The notes below the pieces were generated by a model. The model was given only the letters and a program-made list of their open reading frames with translations, ran no database searches and had not been told where the DNA came from. A DNA stretch of 64,000 nucleotides from Strigamia acuminata (Eukaryota): positions 14,880,001-14,944,000 of the forward strand of contig OX442314.1 in the NCBI GenBank assembly GCA_949358305.1, read 5' to 3'. This document shows positions 10,648 through 23,449 of the stretch, piece by piece. Each line of letters opens with the position of its first letter. The stretch's first letter is position 1. The position numbers and the translations under genes were made by a program.

Positions 10648-13281
10648 TTTGGGGTACGGGCCGATTCGTTTTTCAACCATAACAATTGTAGGATAAATAC
10701 GATTTTCGAGTTTTCTCCATTTCTTCAGGTATTATATATTATCAAGTTAACCAAGCACAAGTCAGATTGTTCTCCTGTTGTCTCTTAATCCTTGCAGCTT
10801 GATCGAAATCTACATTCGCTTCTTGTTGATTTAGATCTTTAAACTTATTTTATACATTTTTTTGGATTTTTATTTTGTTTCTTCGGTACTTCAGTTTTCC
10901 TTCTTCAGAAGCAGTGGGAACCGGAAGAAAGTTGGGATTTAAATACAAAGAAAAGTGTATAAAACAACAAAAACTGACGACATGACAGGAATTTTGTTTG
11001 TATAATTGTTTTAAATTAAACCCTTAAATGTTCTATTATTTTAAAACAAAACCACGTCAAATGTACAAACTAGATAATTTTATTTAACTGTTTTACCTTC
11101 TTCAACGGTGTATTAATTTGTTGCAATTTAATTATACAAAAACGTTCTAACAAATCGGTATTTCCACTCCACGAAGTTCCCTTAATAGTGTTTGTTAAGT
11201 GCTCGTATATAACGCGCGCAAATAATAAATTAACGCCTACATCCTAAACCAAGTAAACGCAATGCAAAACTTAAAAAAAATATACTTATTTAAAAAAAAA
11301 AAAATTCTAACATTATTTTACCTATTTCATTCTGCCATGCCTTTTTTGTATTCACAAGTGAAAAAAATCTTCCCCCGCTCACAACATTTCGTCTTCTCTC
11401 ATGTTCTTATCATTTCTCTCTGATAACGCTCCATTCTGCACGCGGCATCAATTACCCATCATACAGCCTACCGACTCGCCGTGCACCTGGTGAAAGCATT
11501 GCAGCAGACGCAGATGGAAAACGTGGCGTACGAAACGAGGCGCGGCACGTGAAACACACATCGTTCAAAACTTGTCGATCGACAAGCCACCCGCGGCCAA
11601 CTCGAACACGCGCGTAACGAATGCGAGCGCTTGGCGCCCCCGGGACTGGGTTGCCACTTAAAGTCGAGTTGAGTATCCATAAACCACCTAGTAATTGATC
11701 CCATCAATGGCATTAAAGAACACCGATGGGGAAACGCACCTCATACATTACAAAACGACTATTGTGCGAGCCAAGATTATACCAGATTAACTAACATTTT
11801 GCCAAATTTATCCATCTTCAAACCGCCTAACAAACCCGATCAATCAATCAACTGCCCTCTGCCCGCCATCCACCTCCTTCCCTTCCCGTCTGGCGAAGCG
11901 AAATTCACTAAACCGTCGATTTGATTTATTTAATTCATCGCGGAAGGAAATTTCGCCCAATAGTTAAACGATTATTGTTTTCCTGCATAGGTAGATGCAG
12001 TGAACGGTTCCAAAATCTCACGAGAAACGGTAAGTTCGGAGCCCAACTCAAAGATTATGGAACTTGTACTTACGTAAGGTTGTTTGTTCAGGTTGAGCGG
12101 AAGCAAAGCCTGACGATCCTCGAGAGTTTTCCTGCGCTCAGCTGGGAATATAGGAGGACTGGCACTGCAATAATAAGTTAGATGTAATTTAATGTAAGAA
12201 AAAAAATATAAAAATCCATGCGAAAATTGAATTTATTTTCAAAACGAAGCGTAACTTTTGTAAAAGAAAGCGTAAACCGTGTTTGGAAACTTAAAAATAT
12301 AAGAAATTCGTTAATAATTGCATTTTAATAATAAAATAAATTTATTTCATAAAATTTTCCATTTTTTTTATCATTTCCGAAACAAAAAATGAATAATAAA
12401 AGACACAGCTATCAACAACTTTCGTTTCTTTTCTCGCAATGTTTAATCTCTATTAAAGATTGCTCGAAACGAGAGAAAAAGTGGGAAAAAAGTGCTAAAA
12501 CTCCATTGATCAAGTGTTGCAAAACACTCATCTCATCACAAGTATTTCTAGCTAAGTCTCAGCTCCAAACTCCCATCATCTTCAATCAACTCCACCCACC
12601 CACCCTCACTTTACTACACCTTCTGACTGTCTCAGTGGGAATTCCGCCTTAAAGTTGCTATCTTTTAAAAAATTAACTTCTATCGCAGCTCGTCTTTCTA
12701 GCCTCATTTTCCCTTCACTGATCTACATCTAATCCGAGCACCTTTCTCGCCCACAACACCCATTCAAACAATCCAATAAAACACTAAACACTATCTAAAT
12801 TAATATCTCAATGTTAAAAAATTTAAGAAAGAAAGTGTAGCATTTAGTCCCATTTAAAGCTGTTTCAAGCTGAGAACAAATTCCACACAAGCTGTTTCCC
12901 TTTAAATTGACGCGTCTTAAACCATCATTTACAGTGCACGCCTGCGCATATGATGCAGCACCTTTTTAACATAATCCAGATTTTCTTTAACAACACTCGC
13001 AAAATCCCGCACGGACACCCATTGCCAAACCATTGTAAAGCCAATGCAGTTGAATCATCTGGTGAATCCATGCTGAATCATGAAGCAACATAAGCTGCTT
13101 TCTTCACAATCACGTGCGAATCGAGAAAAATAATCATTTCCTCTATTCGCACATCATTTCTCTTCACACATGTCTGAATCGCATCAGCAGCAACACAAAT
13201 AATCTTACCGTAATCAAAAACGTTAAATAAGTTTTTCAATTGATGAACATCTAAAATTAACTGCAAATTCCACAGAAAAAT

Positions 13282-13475
13282 CAGTAGGGCATCGATTATC
13301 CAAGCTAATTGAAAGATATAGCTGATTTGTTCGCATAATCGGACATTAGGTTTGTTTACATACTGTACAGTACGTAAAAATAAAAAAAAATCGATAAAAG
13401 ATCGTTAAAATCGATCTAAAAAAATCAATCACCGCTGTTAGCATAATCGACGTTCGGCTAATCGACGTTCTGCTG
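13282..13475. mobile_element. Degenerate pogo/Tigger-like MITE
   Basis: Imperfect TIRs CAGTAGGGCATCGATTATCC / CAGCAGAACGTCGATTAGCC, right end followed by TA, repeated TAATCG subterminal motifs. Confidence 0.55.
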
Positions 13476-16400
13476 TAATTATTACTTTTCTACGGAGGTT
13501 TAATAGTGACAACTTTTAAAAAAATTTGTTCAAATATATATCTTCGATCAGAAGCAGAATTTATTTTTATATTAAAAAAAATTATTATTTTTTTTTAAAA
13601 TGTATAAAAAAAATAATCAAATTAAAATCTCATTGCCATAATTCACCTCGAAAATGATTTTCCTAATACCCATTAGAAAATATTTATAGCAGTGGAAAAA
13701 GCTTAGGAAACAATAATTTCCAACTAGCTTCACTTCATCTGCCACGGCATTCCATTTCCAATTGCAGCCATTCATCATATCGCAACCACACCTTGCGTCA
13801 AAAAATAAATTTAATAATTCAAAGACTTTGAGACTTTAATTAACCAAAAGCGCACAACTTGCTATGCATACAGAAATTTCGCTCGGTGAATGTGAATCAT
13901 TTTAATTGAAGCGATTTTCACAAACTTAATTCCCAATTTAAAATCGTGTGTAAAGTAAAGAGGACTGTGTAAACACCCGGCTCAAAACTAAACTACTGCC
14001 AAATTAAACCCTTTTCTCAAAAATAATGACACAACTTTAACAAATCCACTTATACACTACCAATTTAAAACCTCCCTAACCGTCATAATTTATACCTTTA
14101 ACTCTCCAATATCGGCGCTCTTTGTTAAACTGCAACTGCCAAATGGATTTTTTACCGGAACTAACTTTTTTCCAATAGTTTACCGACCTGTTATTCGTTC
14201 TACTCTATTAAATTCAAACTTTTAATTCATCGATTTCCATCGCAAAAATAAAAATATCACCCAAGTGGGCTAAGACTTTTATCCAGGGTTACTTTTAAAT
14301 CTGTTTTCGCCGACCCCGTGTTGCTTCTTATTAGAGAGTTTTGTGCAAACATGTTCCGTTTGTATTGCCATTAACCACTCACCCCCTCGTGGGACAGTCA
14401 AACTCACTGATTTAATTATCATATCTCATTATCCTTCTTCACTTCAAACTGTACACAGGGGATGGAAAGCAATTTAAAGTACACACACTCCACAAAACAT
14501 ATCGTTTTTTTCCACCTAGTATTATTTTCTAATATAAAACCCAACAATTTATCTCATTATTCTCAACCACAAATTTATTAGCCCCAAATTTTTAGTAAAA
14601 ACTTTTTATTTTTACCAGATAAGTAGTAAAAATTGAATATTTTCCTGGGTTATTCCTTCCCTTGACTGTCACGTAAAACGAAGAAAAACCATTTCACAAC
14701 ATCTGGTGACAAACTTTAAAACAATAAACCGCAATTTATATACAAATGTACCACGTAAAATAGTTATTTATTTACATCTCACGTTGTTCAATACTTATGA
14801 AATGTTTCTAAACATATGCCCTAAAATTGAAGCAATATAGGCAAGAAAAAATTCAGTATATTTTATTTATATTTTTTCCACTAGATTCCTTATTCGAGCC
14901 TACCAGTGTCACAAAAACTTCCTTGTCTGCATTTTTAACAAAATTTACTGGCTCTTAAAAATGCAATCATTACTATAATCCCCAAATACTAAAAATTTTA
15001 AAAGAAAAAAAAATGGGAAATGAATCGTTTCAACTTTTTCTCCAATTTCCATCCATACAAACTAATTCAAAACCTTTCACATTCAACTGGCGCCTTGCAA
15101 GCCACCGCTACACACCCACTCAATTATCCCTTTTCATGGTATTTTTTTTATTAAGCATGTGATCGAAAGCGAGGTGTGTAACGCAGAACGAATCCATTAT
15201 CAGGGTGTGAGATATATCAATAAAACCAGACGCAGTTCAGATCCAGCTATTGACAGACTTGTATACAAATGCAAAAGGTCGTCCGACGCAAAAACACCCC
15301 CCGAATGGTGGCGCTAGACGCACAGAGTAAGCTAATTAAGAAAGCAAAAGCCGACATCGCAAATAAAAATGCCAAACCAATACAAAAGAGCGTGAGCGCT
15401 CCAGTCCGAGTGCACAAAAGGCCTTAAACACCAAGTGAAAGAAAGATGTATCTGTTAAAGAGCTTGTAGGCTTCATCTATCTTTTGCTGCTTCTTCTTCT
15501 GTCAGCTACAACCTATGACTTTGCAGCCAGCTGGGTCAGGTGATTTTTTTTTCTTCTTCTTCTTCTTCCATTCGGCTGCACGCGTTGAAGTCTACACTTG
15601 TTATCCTGTTGTCTATCGTACTACAGCGACCATCTCTCAAGCAATTATTTAGGTAATGATGCAGGGTACATTAAGAACAAATCCACACGCCACGAATAAA
15701 CAACCATTCATCATTTCTAAATTACATTACCAATCTTCCATGGCCGAGAATATTTTTTTTTCATTAATAATCAATGGGGTGTATTCTTTCTGCAGAACTC
15801 ACATTTTTTTTTTCTATAAAAATATTGAATTTTTAGTTGTATCCACATTGTTTCCTAAAATAAATGTTAAATTTATTTTAAAAAAAAATAATTTTAAATG
15901 TTTTTTTTTTTTATAAGAAATAATTTATATTCAATTCTAAGAAAGTTGGAAGTTGTATATTTATTTTTGCATCGTTTCAGATAGAACTTTTAACTTTACA
16001 AAGTTCGTTTAAAATCTTTAGAAATTTATGTAAATAAAATTCAAACACCAAAAGCAAAAGCTGTGAAAAAGCATAAATACTGAGTCGTTTCATTAATTTT
16101 TATTTACATTTTCAAATTTTTTAAACTTATTTTTCAAAGTTGCCTCACAATTTATTGTGAGCAAAGTAATTAATAAGTTGAGCACACTGCCAACCCGACT
16201 GTCCAAGCGTTGGCAGCAACTCATGATTTGTAGTCACCAAAACCAATTTCCGTGTGCGCCAAAAAATATTTATAAATAAATACAACAAATTGCGTGCACT
16301 CAAATCCACATTGTAACGACTTACAATCTTATTACACACATATATTCCCCGTGGAAAAAAATATTCATGCATTTCCCATTCATATCAGACCCAAATAGAA

Positions 16401-17489
16401 TCCCTAACACCATGTTAAAATGTATCATTTTCCCCCACACACCTCATTAATGCAAATACCGCTTAAATTATAGCCACGCCACACAACCAAGCGAAAAAAT
16501 AATAATAAATAAAACACGGTGTTACACGACCTGAACTTTATTAATAACTAAAAAGCAAATAAATAAACGAAGGAATGAATAAATAAATAAAAAAAAGAAA
16601 TCCCCAACCTCATTCCAAGATGATGAGATTTATTAAAATTGCATCTTTCCTCTACGTGATGATAAACCAGATGACCATAACAAACTTGGACTTGAGACCT
16701 GAGTTATTGGTATAATCAAATTTATTTCTCTATGTCAACATCCAAAATCAAAATAAAAAAAACCGCAGTTCGTCAAAATGGAGAAAAATTAAAAGAAAAA
16801 GAAAGAAAAAAATCGAGAAAAAAAAAATCTTGTGCTTGCAATTGCTTTCTTTAGTGCTGTATTAGCTGCTTAATGTATTATTAATTTTCTTGTTACAAGT
16901 GTGCAAGAATCCGCTCGACATCTGTGCTCTTGCGCAATGAAGCTCGACTAGTGAAAGAAAGCAGGCGAGCGCGAGTCCACGACATGAGGATCTTGACCCT
17001 CTTAAAGCTGTTCAATAACCATCAGCACTAAGAATAATTTGAATTATGATTAAATTCCTATTGATAACGTAATAACAGGTCCCTATTGCAATATAAACGA
17101 GTCTCAATTCGGATTCAATGGCGGTCAATCACACTAAATTAAGCGCTAATTTCAAACTGGATGGATTGCAAATTTTGCTAGTAATTACGAAACAAAATTA
17201 AAATTATACTAGACAAATAAATGTTGTTAACTTACGGCTTGTCTAATTTTTAAATAAATAAATAGTACTTTTAAAGAAAAAACACCAGGGGTATGACCAC
17301 TATTTAAAGGCTACGAAGAGAACCAATCCCCAGTCCAATTTTTACTAGTCCACCACGCGGTCGCCAAAAAATCCTAGGACGGCTACAGCGAGATTATTGT
17401 GACAAACGAGAAACGAATCGAAAGAGAACCGAAACGCACAAAATGACTAAAATATATGGTAAACATAATGAACATTGATATCGGCCACT

Positions 17490-17598
17490 ATTTGAAATAA
17501 GACCCGCTCTCAATTAAGAGCCGCCCTCGATTAATAGCCACAGCTGAAAGTGGCAGGTTTGAATAAGAGCCGCGGCTCTTAATCACGAAAATACGGTA
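17490..17598. mobile_element. One end of a pogo/Tigger-like element
   Basis: Ends GAAAATACGG|TA; repeated TAAGA(G/C)CCGC motifs; perfect 18-bp palindrome TAAGAGCCGCGGCTCTTA (17564-17581). No matching other end found. Confidence 0.6.
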
Positions 17599-20500
17599 AT
17601 TGGATGTGGTCGTGCTGTGTTCTGCAGTCAAGTTCCCTGCAGCAAGTTTAAGGCGGAGCTTTTCTCTCGATTTATCGACGGTTTCCATCAAACTGACTCA
17701 CCTTTTTCGATTCCTCGTTCAAAAATTAATTATTCGAACTTGCGATTCTTGAAAATACATAAATATACATTTCACATTTGTTTCCCTTAAAGATTTCTAC
17801 CATAAATAAATGAACGAAAATCATAAAAAATGTGAAAACACTGTTTTGATATTCATAGAAATAGCGAAAAAGCAAACATACTCTTTTTTTTTGTTGGTAT
17901 GTGGTATGCTTGACAAAAATTCCAAAACAAATAAGATGATTGCATACAAACAAGGTTCTTTCCACTCAAACATACAAGACATCCGCAACCCAAAAATAAA
18001 AAAAAATAAAATAAAATGGGAAAATGAAGACAACTTGTACCAGAGGCGGCAAATTCATACGAGTGCTGCAATCCAATATTGAAAAATATTATTGATGCTT
18101 GGGCTGGCTTTCTACATGTGCGTGATGAGTAATATTCCATTTTATTTTTCTTTATCCTTGTGTATACAAAAGATATATATATAACATATTAATCTTTTTT
18201 TCTTCAATTGGTTAGAAAGACGAAATGCTCGTAAACACATCACACAAGAACATTTCGACAAAAAAACCAACGACTAAAAAAAAAAATATTTCTCTTTCAG
18301 CGAGAATTTAAAAAAAAATAAAGAGGAAAAAACAAAAAAATTTCTTCAATTCCTTGCAAAATGGCCACTAGCACACATCACAGTGCCATTTCCAGGCACC
18401 TTTTATAGACATTTTACAATTCCAAAAAGATTCAACTTTTATATCAACACAAAAACCTAAACTCAACAGCTGTTACAACAACACCCCCCGAAAAAAAATA
18501 ATAACCAAAAAAAAAATTATAAAAATTAAATTTTCTTCAGTTGGTCTAAAATTGGCGGCACAAAAGAAGACAAAGTGACTCCTCGGGCCAATACACATAA
18601 AGACTTTAAACGCGTCAACAGTATACTTTTGTCTGACCACGCATAGCGTGCTGAGCATTGCCAATGTTCCCCGAATCCCTTGGTAGCAGCCCCAAAGTCC
18701 TGACAAGCCAGATTGAATAATCGTACTGCATTCTCTTCGTCTGACTGCTCACTGACGAGAAAAGAAGGTAACCCATCGCACACTTAGAGCAAAGCGCAGG
18801 TAACAGTAAAGCACAACCTTAATATGCTTTAGTCGCTGCCAATTCGTCAAACAAAACAGCCAGAAATGAATCCATTCTCCAAAAAATAAACAAGTCAAAG
18901 ACAATTACCAACAACTTCACTTGAAACAAATGCAAACACGCAGCACTAACTAAATTAACAGTCAAAACTGTTCAAAAAAAGTCTCCAAAACTTTTTAAAA
19001 CTATCGCATTCAATAAACCATGAATTCGTCCTTGCTTTTCACTTCCCTTTACCTTTTCTTCCCAGATAAAAAGGTAAACATTAATCAAATCCCCAGATAC
19101 AGAATAAAAATAAAGACAGCTTCTTTTCATCATCTTTCTAACAATTTTTTTTAAAATTAGAAAAAAAAGGAAGAAAAAAAAAAGAAAAAACGTTAACTTT
19201 CTCAGATCCTGATTAATTAACTTTCTTCCCATTACAATCGATAAAAACCTGCCTCACAAGCATCAAGTAAAACGAGTAAAACACTATCAGCTTTCTTTAT
19301 TTCTTCTAAATTTCCAAACTTCCCCTTTTTTTACTCACTTTTCTACTAGAAAAATAAATTCCTCGTACCCCTTTCCTTCTCTTTTTCACAGCAGAGCAAA
19401 CTAGAACTTTTTTCCTCCTTCCTTCCTTCTCTTTTCCGCACCACTGCTATTCTGTCAAAGTCCATCAACTGAAACACGGCAAAGCGACAGATTGTGCTAA
19501 GGTGCCTCAACGCTTTTCTGATTCAACCAACTTCCCCACTACTGAAATATAAACGAACGACCAACTTAATTTATGTTTTACTCCCTGCAAAATTCCACAT
19601 GACTCATCACTAATCATGGACCCAGTCCAACGTCTCACCTCGCCACCTCGTATAACCAACTTACAACCAAATTACATTCAAAAACAAAAGAAAACTGCTC
19701 GTTTTTACATAATTAAAGCATTTAAACTTGTTGCAAAAAAAAATATTAAAAAGTCAAAATGACTTTCTTCTATAACAAAATTCAAATTAAAAAAAAAAAA
19801 AAAAAAAAAAGTTACAGCACCCACGATTGCACGAAAGTGCAATATTTCACGTCGAAGTGGCAAAAAATTCAAGGAAAAAATATCTTACCTGAGGCACCAA
19901 ATCAAACGCCCCCACACCTCAGGCTCGGAACAGCGACATGTTAGCGTGGCAGGCAGAGCAGCCGACTCGATTCCGTCGACCGCCGCCACGAAGGGAAACT
20001 GCTTATTACCTTTGTACAGAGCCTTCCACTGGATCGAGGGTAGGGCAGAGCACCGCGATATCGATTTGCACCGACCGCGCCACCGCCACACCATAGTGAG
20101 AAACACATACTTGCATGCAGCGAAAAAGAAAAACTAAGTCTCAGGACGACATTACATTCGATCAATCTTCACTTGTTCAAAACAACTTACAAAATACCTT
20201 TATTCAACCTTCACTCCGCATTACCTTTTTATGCCAACTAACTAAACAACCCTTCTTAACTTAATTATTAATTCTAAAATATTTTTTTCCTAAAAAATTG
20301 CAAATATTTATAAACTTTTTACCTATTTAAAACTTTTAATTTTTTGAAAAAAAAAAATAAATTTTCTGGTTGCTCATTTTCACCATTTCCCGAATCCCAG
20401 AACAACTTGTATCTAAAATTGAACAGGAGTTTTCACTTTCATCCTCTTAAAAGAGATAGCGATCTCACTCCGATAGATGGTTTGGTTAGAATTGCAATCA

Positions 20501-21098
20501 GTGCAGCGAAATTTGCGAAGTAGGCTATATCTTCGTTTTGCCATAATTATTTTCATTCCTTGATTGACTGATGGAGGAAATAAAAAGGATACGAGCAGAC
20601 TTTTGCAGTTCTTCAATAAAGCTTAATTGGACCGGTCAGGAGAAACACGATGGATGAAGGAGTGTGACCACTAAAACCACTTTGCAGACGCCATGGCAAC
20701 ACAACTGCCCTTTCCCATCAACCGCGCACAACTCGATTGTGGGACTTAACCGTCAGCTACCAAAGGATATTCTCACATGGATATCCTCATTCCAATAAAA
20801 TTGATTAGTCTTCAACACAAGATATGGCGTCGACCTGGCACACTCGGGTCACACTCAATAATTACCCACGACTGACCCTTTACCATACAAGTATACAACA
20901 CATCGGAAATATGTTTGGAGCCCACTTCCTTATGTTTCTGGCTTTATTTCCCTCGAGCTACTTGAAATCTTTCTATTATCCAATATTTCAATAAAAACTT
21001 AATTGTACTTCATGATAGAGAATTAGAATAATGTCCACATAAACATATTCTTCATCAAACCACACGAAATAAAAATAGTTCTTTTCCTTGGTACAGTA

Positions 21099-21308
21099 CA
21101 GTCGTGGGCAAAAAAAACTTTCCTTCAGTTTAGCCATTTTAGGTTTATCTACCAGGTGGCATAAAAATCCATTAAGATTCAATGACATCAATCTTGACTT
21201 GGTCTCTCGTCTTGCCCTAACAACAGTATTAAAAGATAGACCGGGCAAATAATGATAGATAAACTTAAAACAGCTAAACTGAAAGAAAGTTTTTTTTGGC
21301 TACGACTG
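21099..21308. mobile_element. Tc1/mariner-type MITE, 210 bp
   Basis: TA|CAGTCGT ... ACGACTG|TA; about 55-bp imperfect TIRs (AAAAAAACTTTCCTTCAGTTTAGCCATTTTAGGTTTATCTA and its near reverse complement). Confidence 0.9.
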
Positions 21309-23017
21309 TACATGCGTTCGTTACTATGCGTCAGTTCACGCTGGATATCTTGACGCCCAATTCAAACTGAGCATCGCATTCCTAATTCCAGTCGTTATTT
21401 AGTAGTATTAAACCAAACATTAAGCCTAATAATGCTGAAATAAAGTAATTAAACAACAATAAACTCATTAACAAAAGTAATTTACAGCATGTTACCAAAG
21501 TATAGTTGTTTTATTTCCTTTGTTTGCAACAAGCTTCACAATTTCCATGTTAAATGCGCAGAAATGTGATAGCATTTGGCATCAAGATACGGGGGCAAAC
21601 TGTTTCAAATTACTAAATTTTGCCCAAGATCCCCAGAACCCCTTCCTTTTTTTCCCTCAAATTCTAAAAGCAATTAGACAAGTATCAGTTTTATTTTTTA
21701 TTTTGGGCTGCTTTTCACAACCTCTCCAATACCTGTCAGCAGGAACAAAGACATAGCTTATTCTTGCTATCAAGAGCCAAAACGAATGCCTAACTACAAA
21801 GAGTTTAACTTTTTTCTTAGATAATGGGATTGAGAGAAACTGGAAAACCCGGATAAAACTCATCGACAGTTGGCACGGGCAAAAACCTGTGAACCAACTC
21901 GTGTCACACTGCAGATTATTTCCTAATAATTCAAACAAATTTTTTTTCTAAAACCACAACAAACCAGCACTAAACCAGATTAAGTGCGAGTGAACCCAAC
22001 AAAGACATTTGGCGACACCAAATTAATCTACGGCACCATTAAACTAGACATCCCATCCGTCAAAATAAATGTCGATTACAACCAAAAATTCAAACTTTTA
22101 TAACTTAAAAATTCAATCCAGACAAAACAAAACTTTAAGAAACAAAACTTTTTCAATACAACCGCACAAAAAAAGAAATGGACGAACCACGAGCAAAGAT
22201 ATTGGGCAAGCCACAAGAGAGCGAGCGCGAGAGAGAAGAGATGGTACAAGACGAAAGACGAGCGGGAGTAGACGACGGTTTATCTCTTGCAAAGCGCACA
22301 CAACCAGTTGCAAATCCCACATCCACTGGACTAGAGAATGCTAGAGTGCGCCAAACAAATCAATAGATTACTCTTTCACGCCAAACTAACTTGCACTCCC
22401 AACTGCTATCATATTTCACTTGCATTTGCATCTAATCCTCTCGTCCCTCTCTTGACTAAAACCCCCAGATCAAACTCTCAAATCAACGAGAAAAATAGAT
22501 GAAACCTCACATTATTGACCCAACAAAAACACACAGAGGAAGAAAAAAAAAGAAACCCAGTCCAGACTTAATCACAGTCCTCCAACTTCGTACACACGGA
22601 GCAAAACAAATGACGCCAATAAAAGCCACAAAACCATTTTCCTTTGTTCCATTTTTTTATTGACTCGATCAAGAGACACTAGTCATAAGCAATGTTCGCT
22701 GGTCCCCCACTTGTTGACGACCACGCGGCTGCCATCTTCAGAGAATGTGTACACACGTAGAATGCATAAATAGCACACACACAGACAACAGACATAAAAC
22801 ATTTGTCATAAGCAGACTCGGACAATTAACTTTTGTGTGCTGATGCTGTTGGGTCACATTTAACCCAACATTAGTTTTCTGCTATTGAAAGAAAACAAAA
22901 CCACAGGCGCATCCTTGAAATAAATTTAGACTAAAAGGCATTTTAAACTGCTAGTTCCAATCTAACTTTACAAATCTAGTCTGTTTTCAATCGCAGTGCC
23001 CATATGATAAACAAATA

Positions 23018-23449
23018 CCGTATTACCTCACATTAAACCGCATGCCGGTGTAGTTACAGAGTTTAACCGGCATGCCGATAAACCTTGTTTTTAACAGCAT
23101 GCCGGTGTAAGCGAGAACGAATTTTCTAAATGAGAATTCAGCCAAAACAAGCATAAAATCATTTTTAGAGCTCCAAAATGCCTTAAATTTCTATAAAATT
23201 TCCCAGATTTTAGTAACAATCTGCAGAAAATTAGGAAAACTTAAATTTTAGGCCCAAAAACCAACATACCGTAATTATTCATCCGGGCTCTTTAAAGTAA
23301 AAAAAAAAAACCAAAAAAAAAACCTGCTTTTTCACTTATACCGTTATGTTTTGCTTTATACCGGCATGCCGGTATAAACTTTTTGTATGAAGTTTCAAAA
23401 ACCTACTAATAAAACCCATGCCCAATGGCATGCCGCTTAATGTATACGG
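23018..23449. mobile_element. pogo-like MITE with GCATGC-palindrome subterminal repeats
   Basis: TA|CCGTAT ... ATACGG|TA termini; at least five copies of (CCG)GCATGCC(GG) clustered at both ends. Confidence 0.7.
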
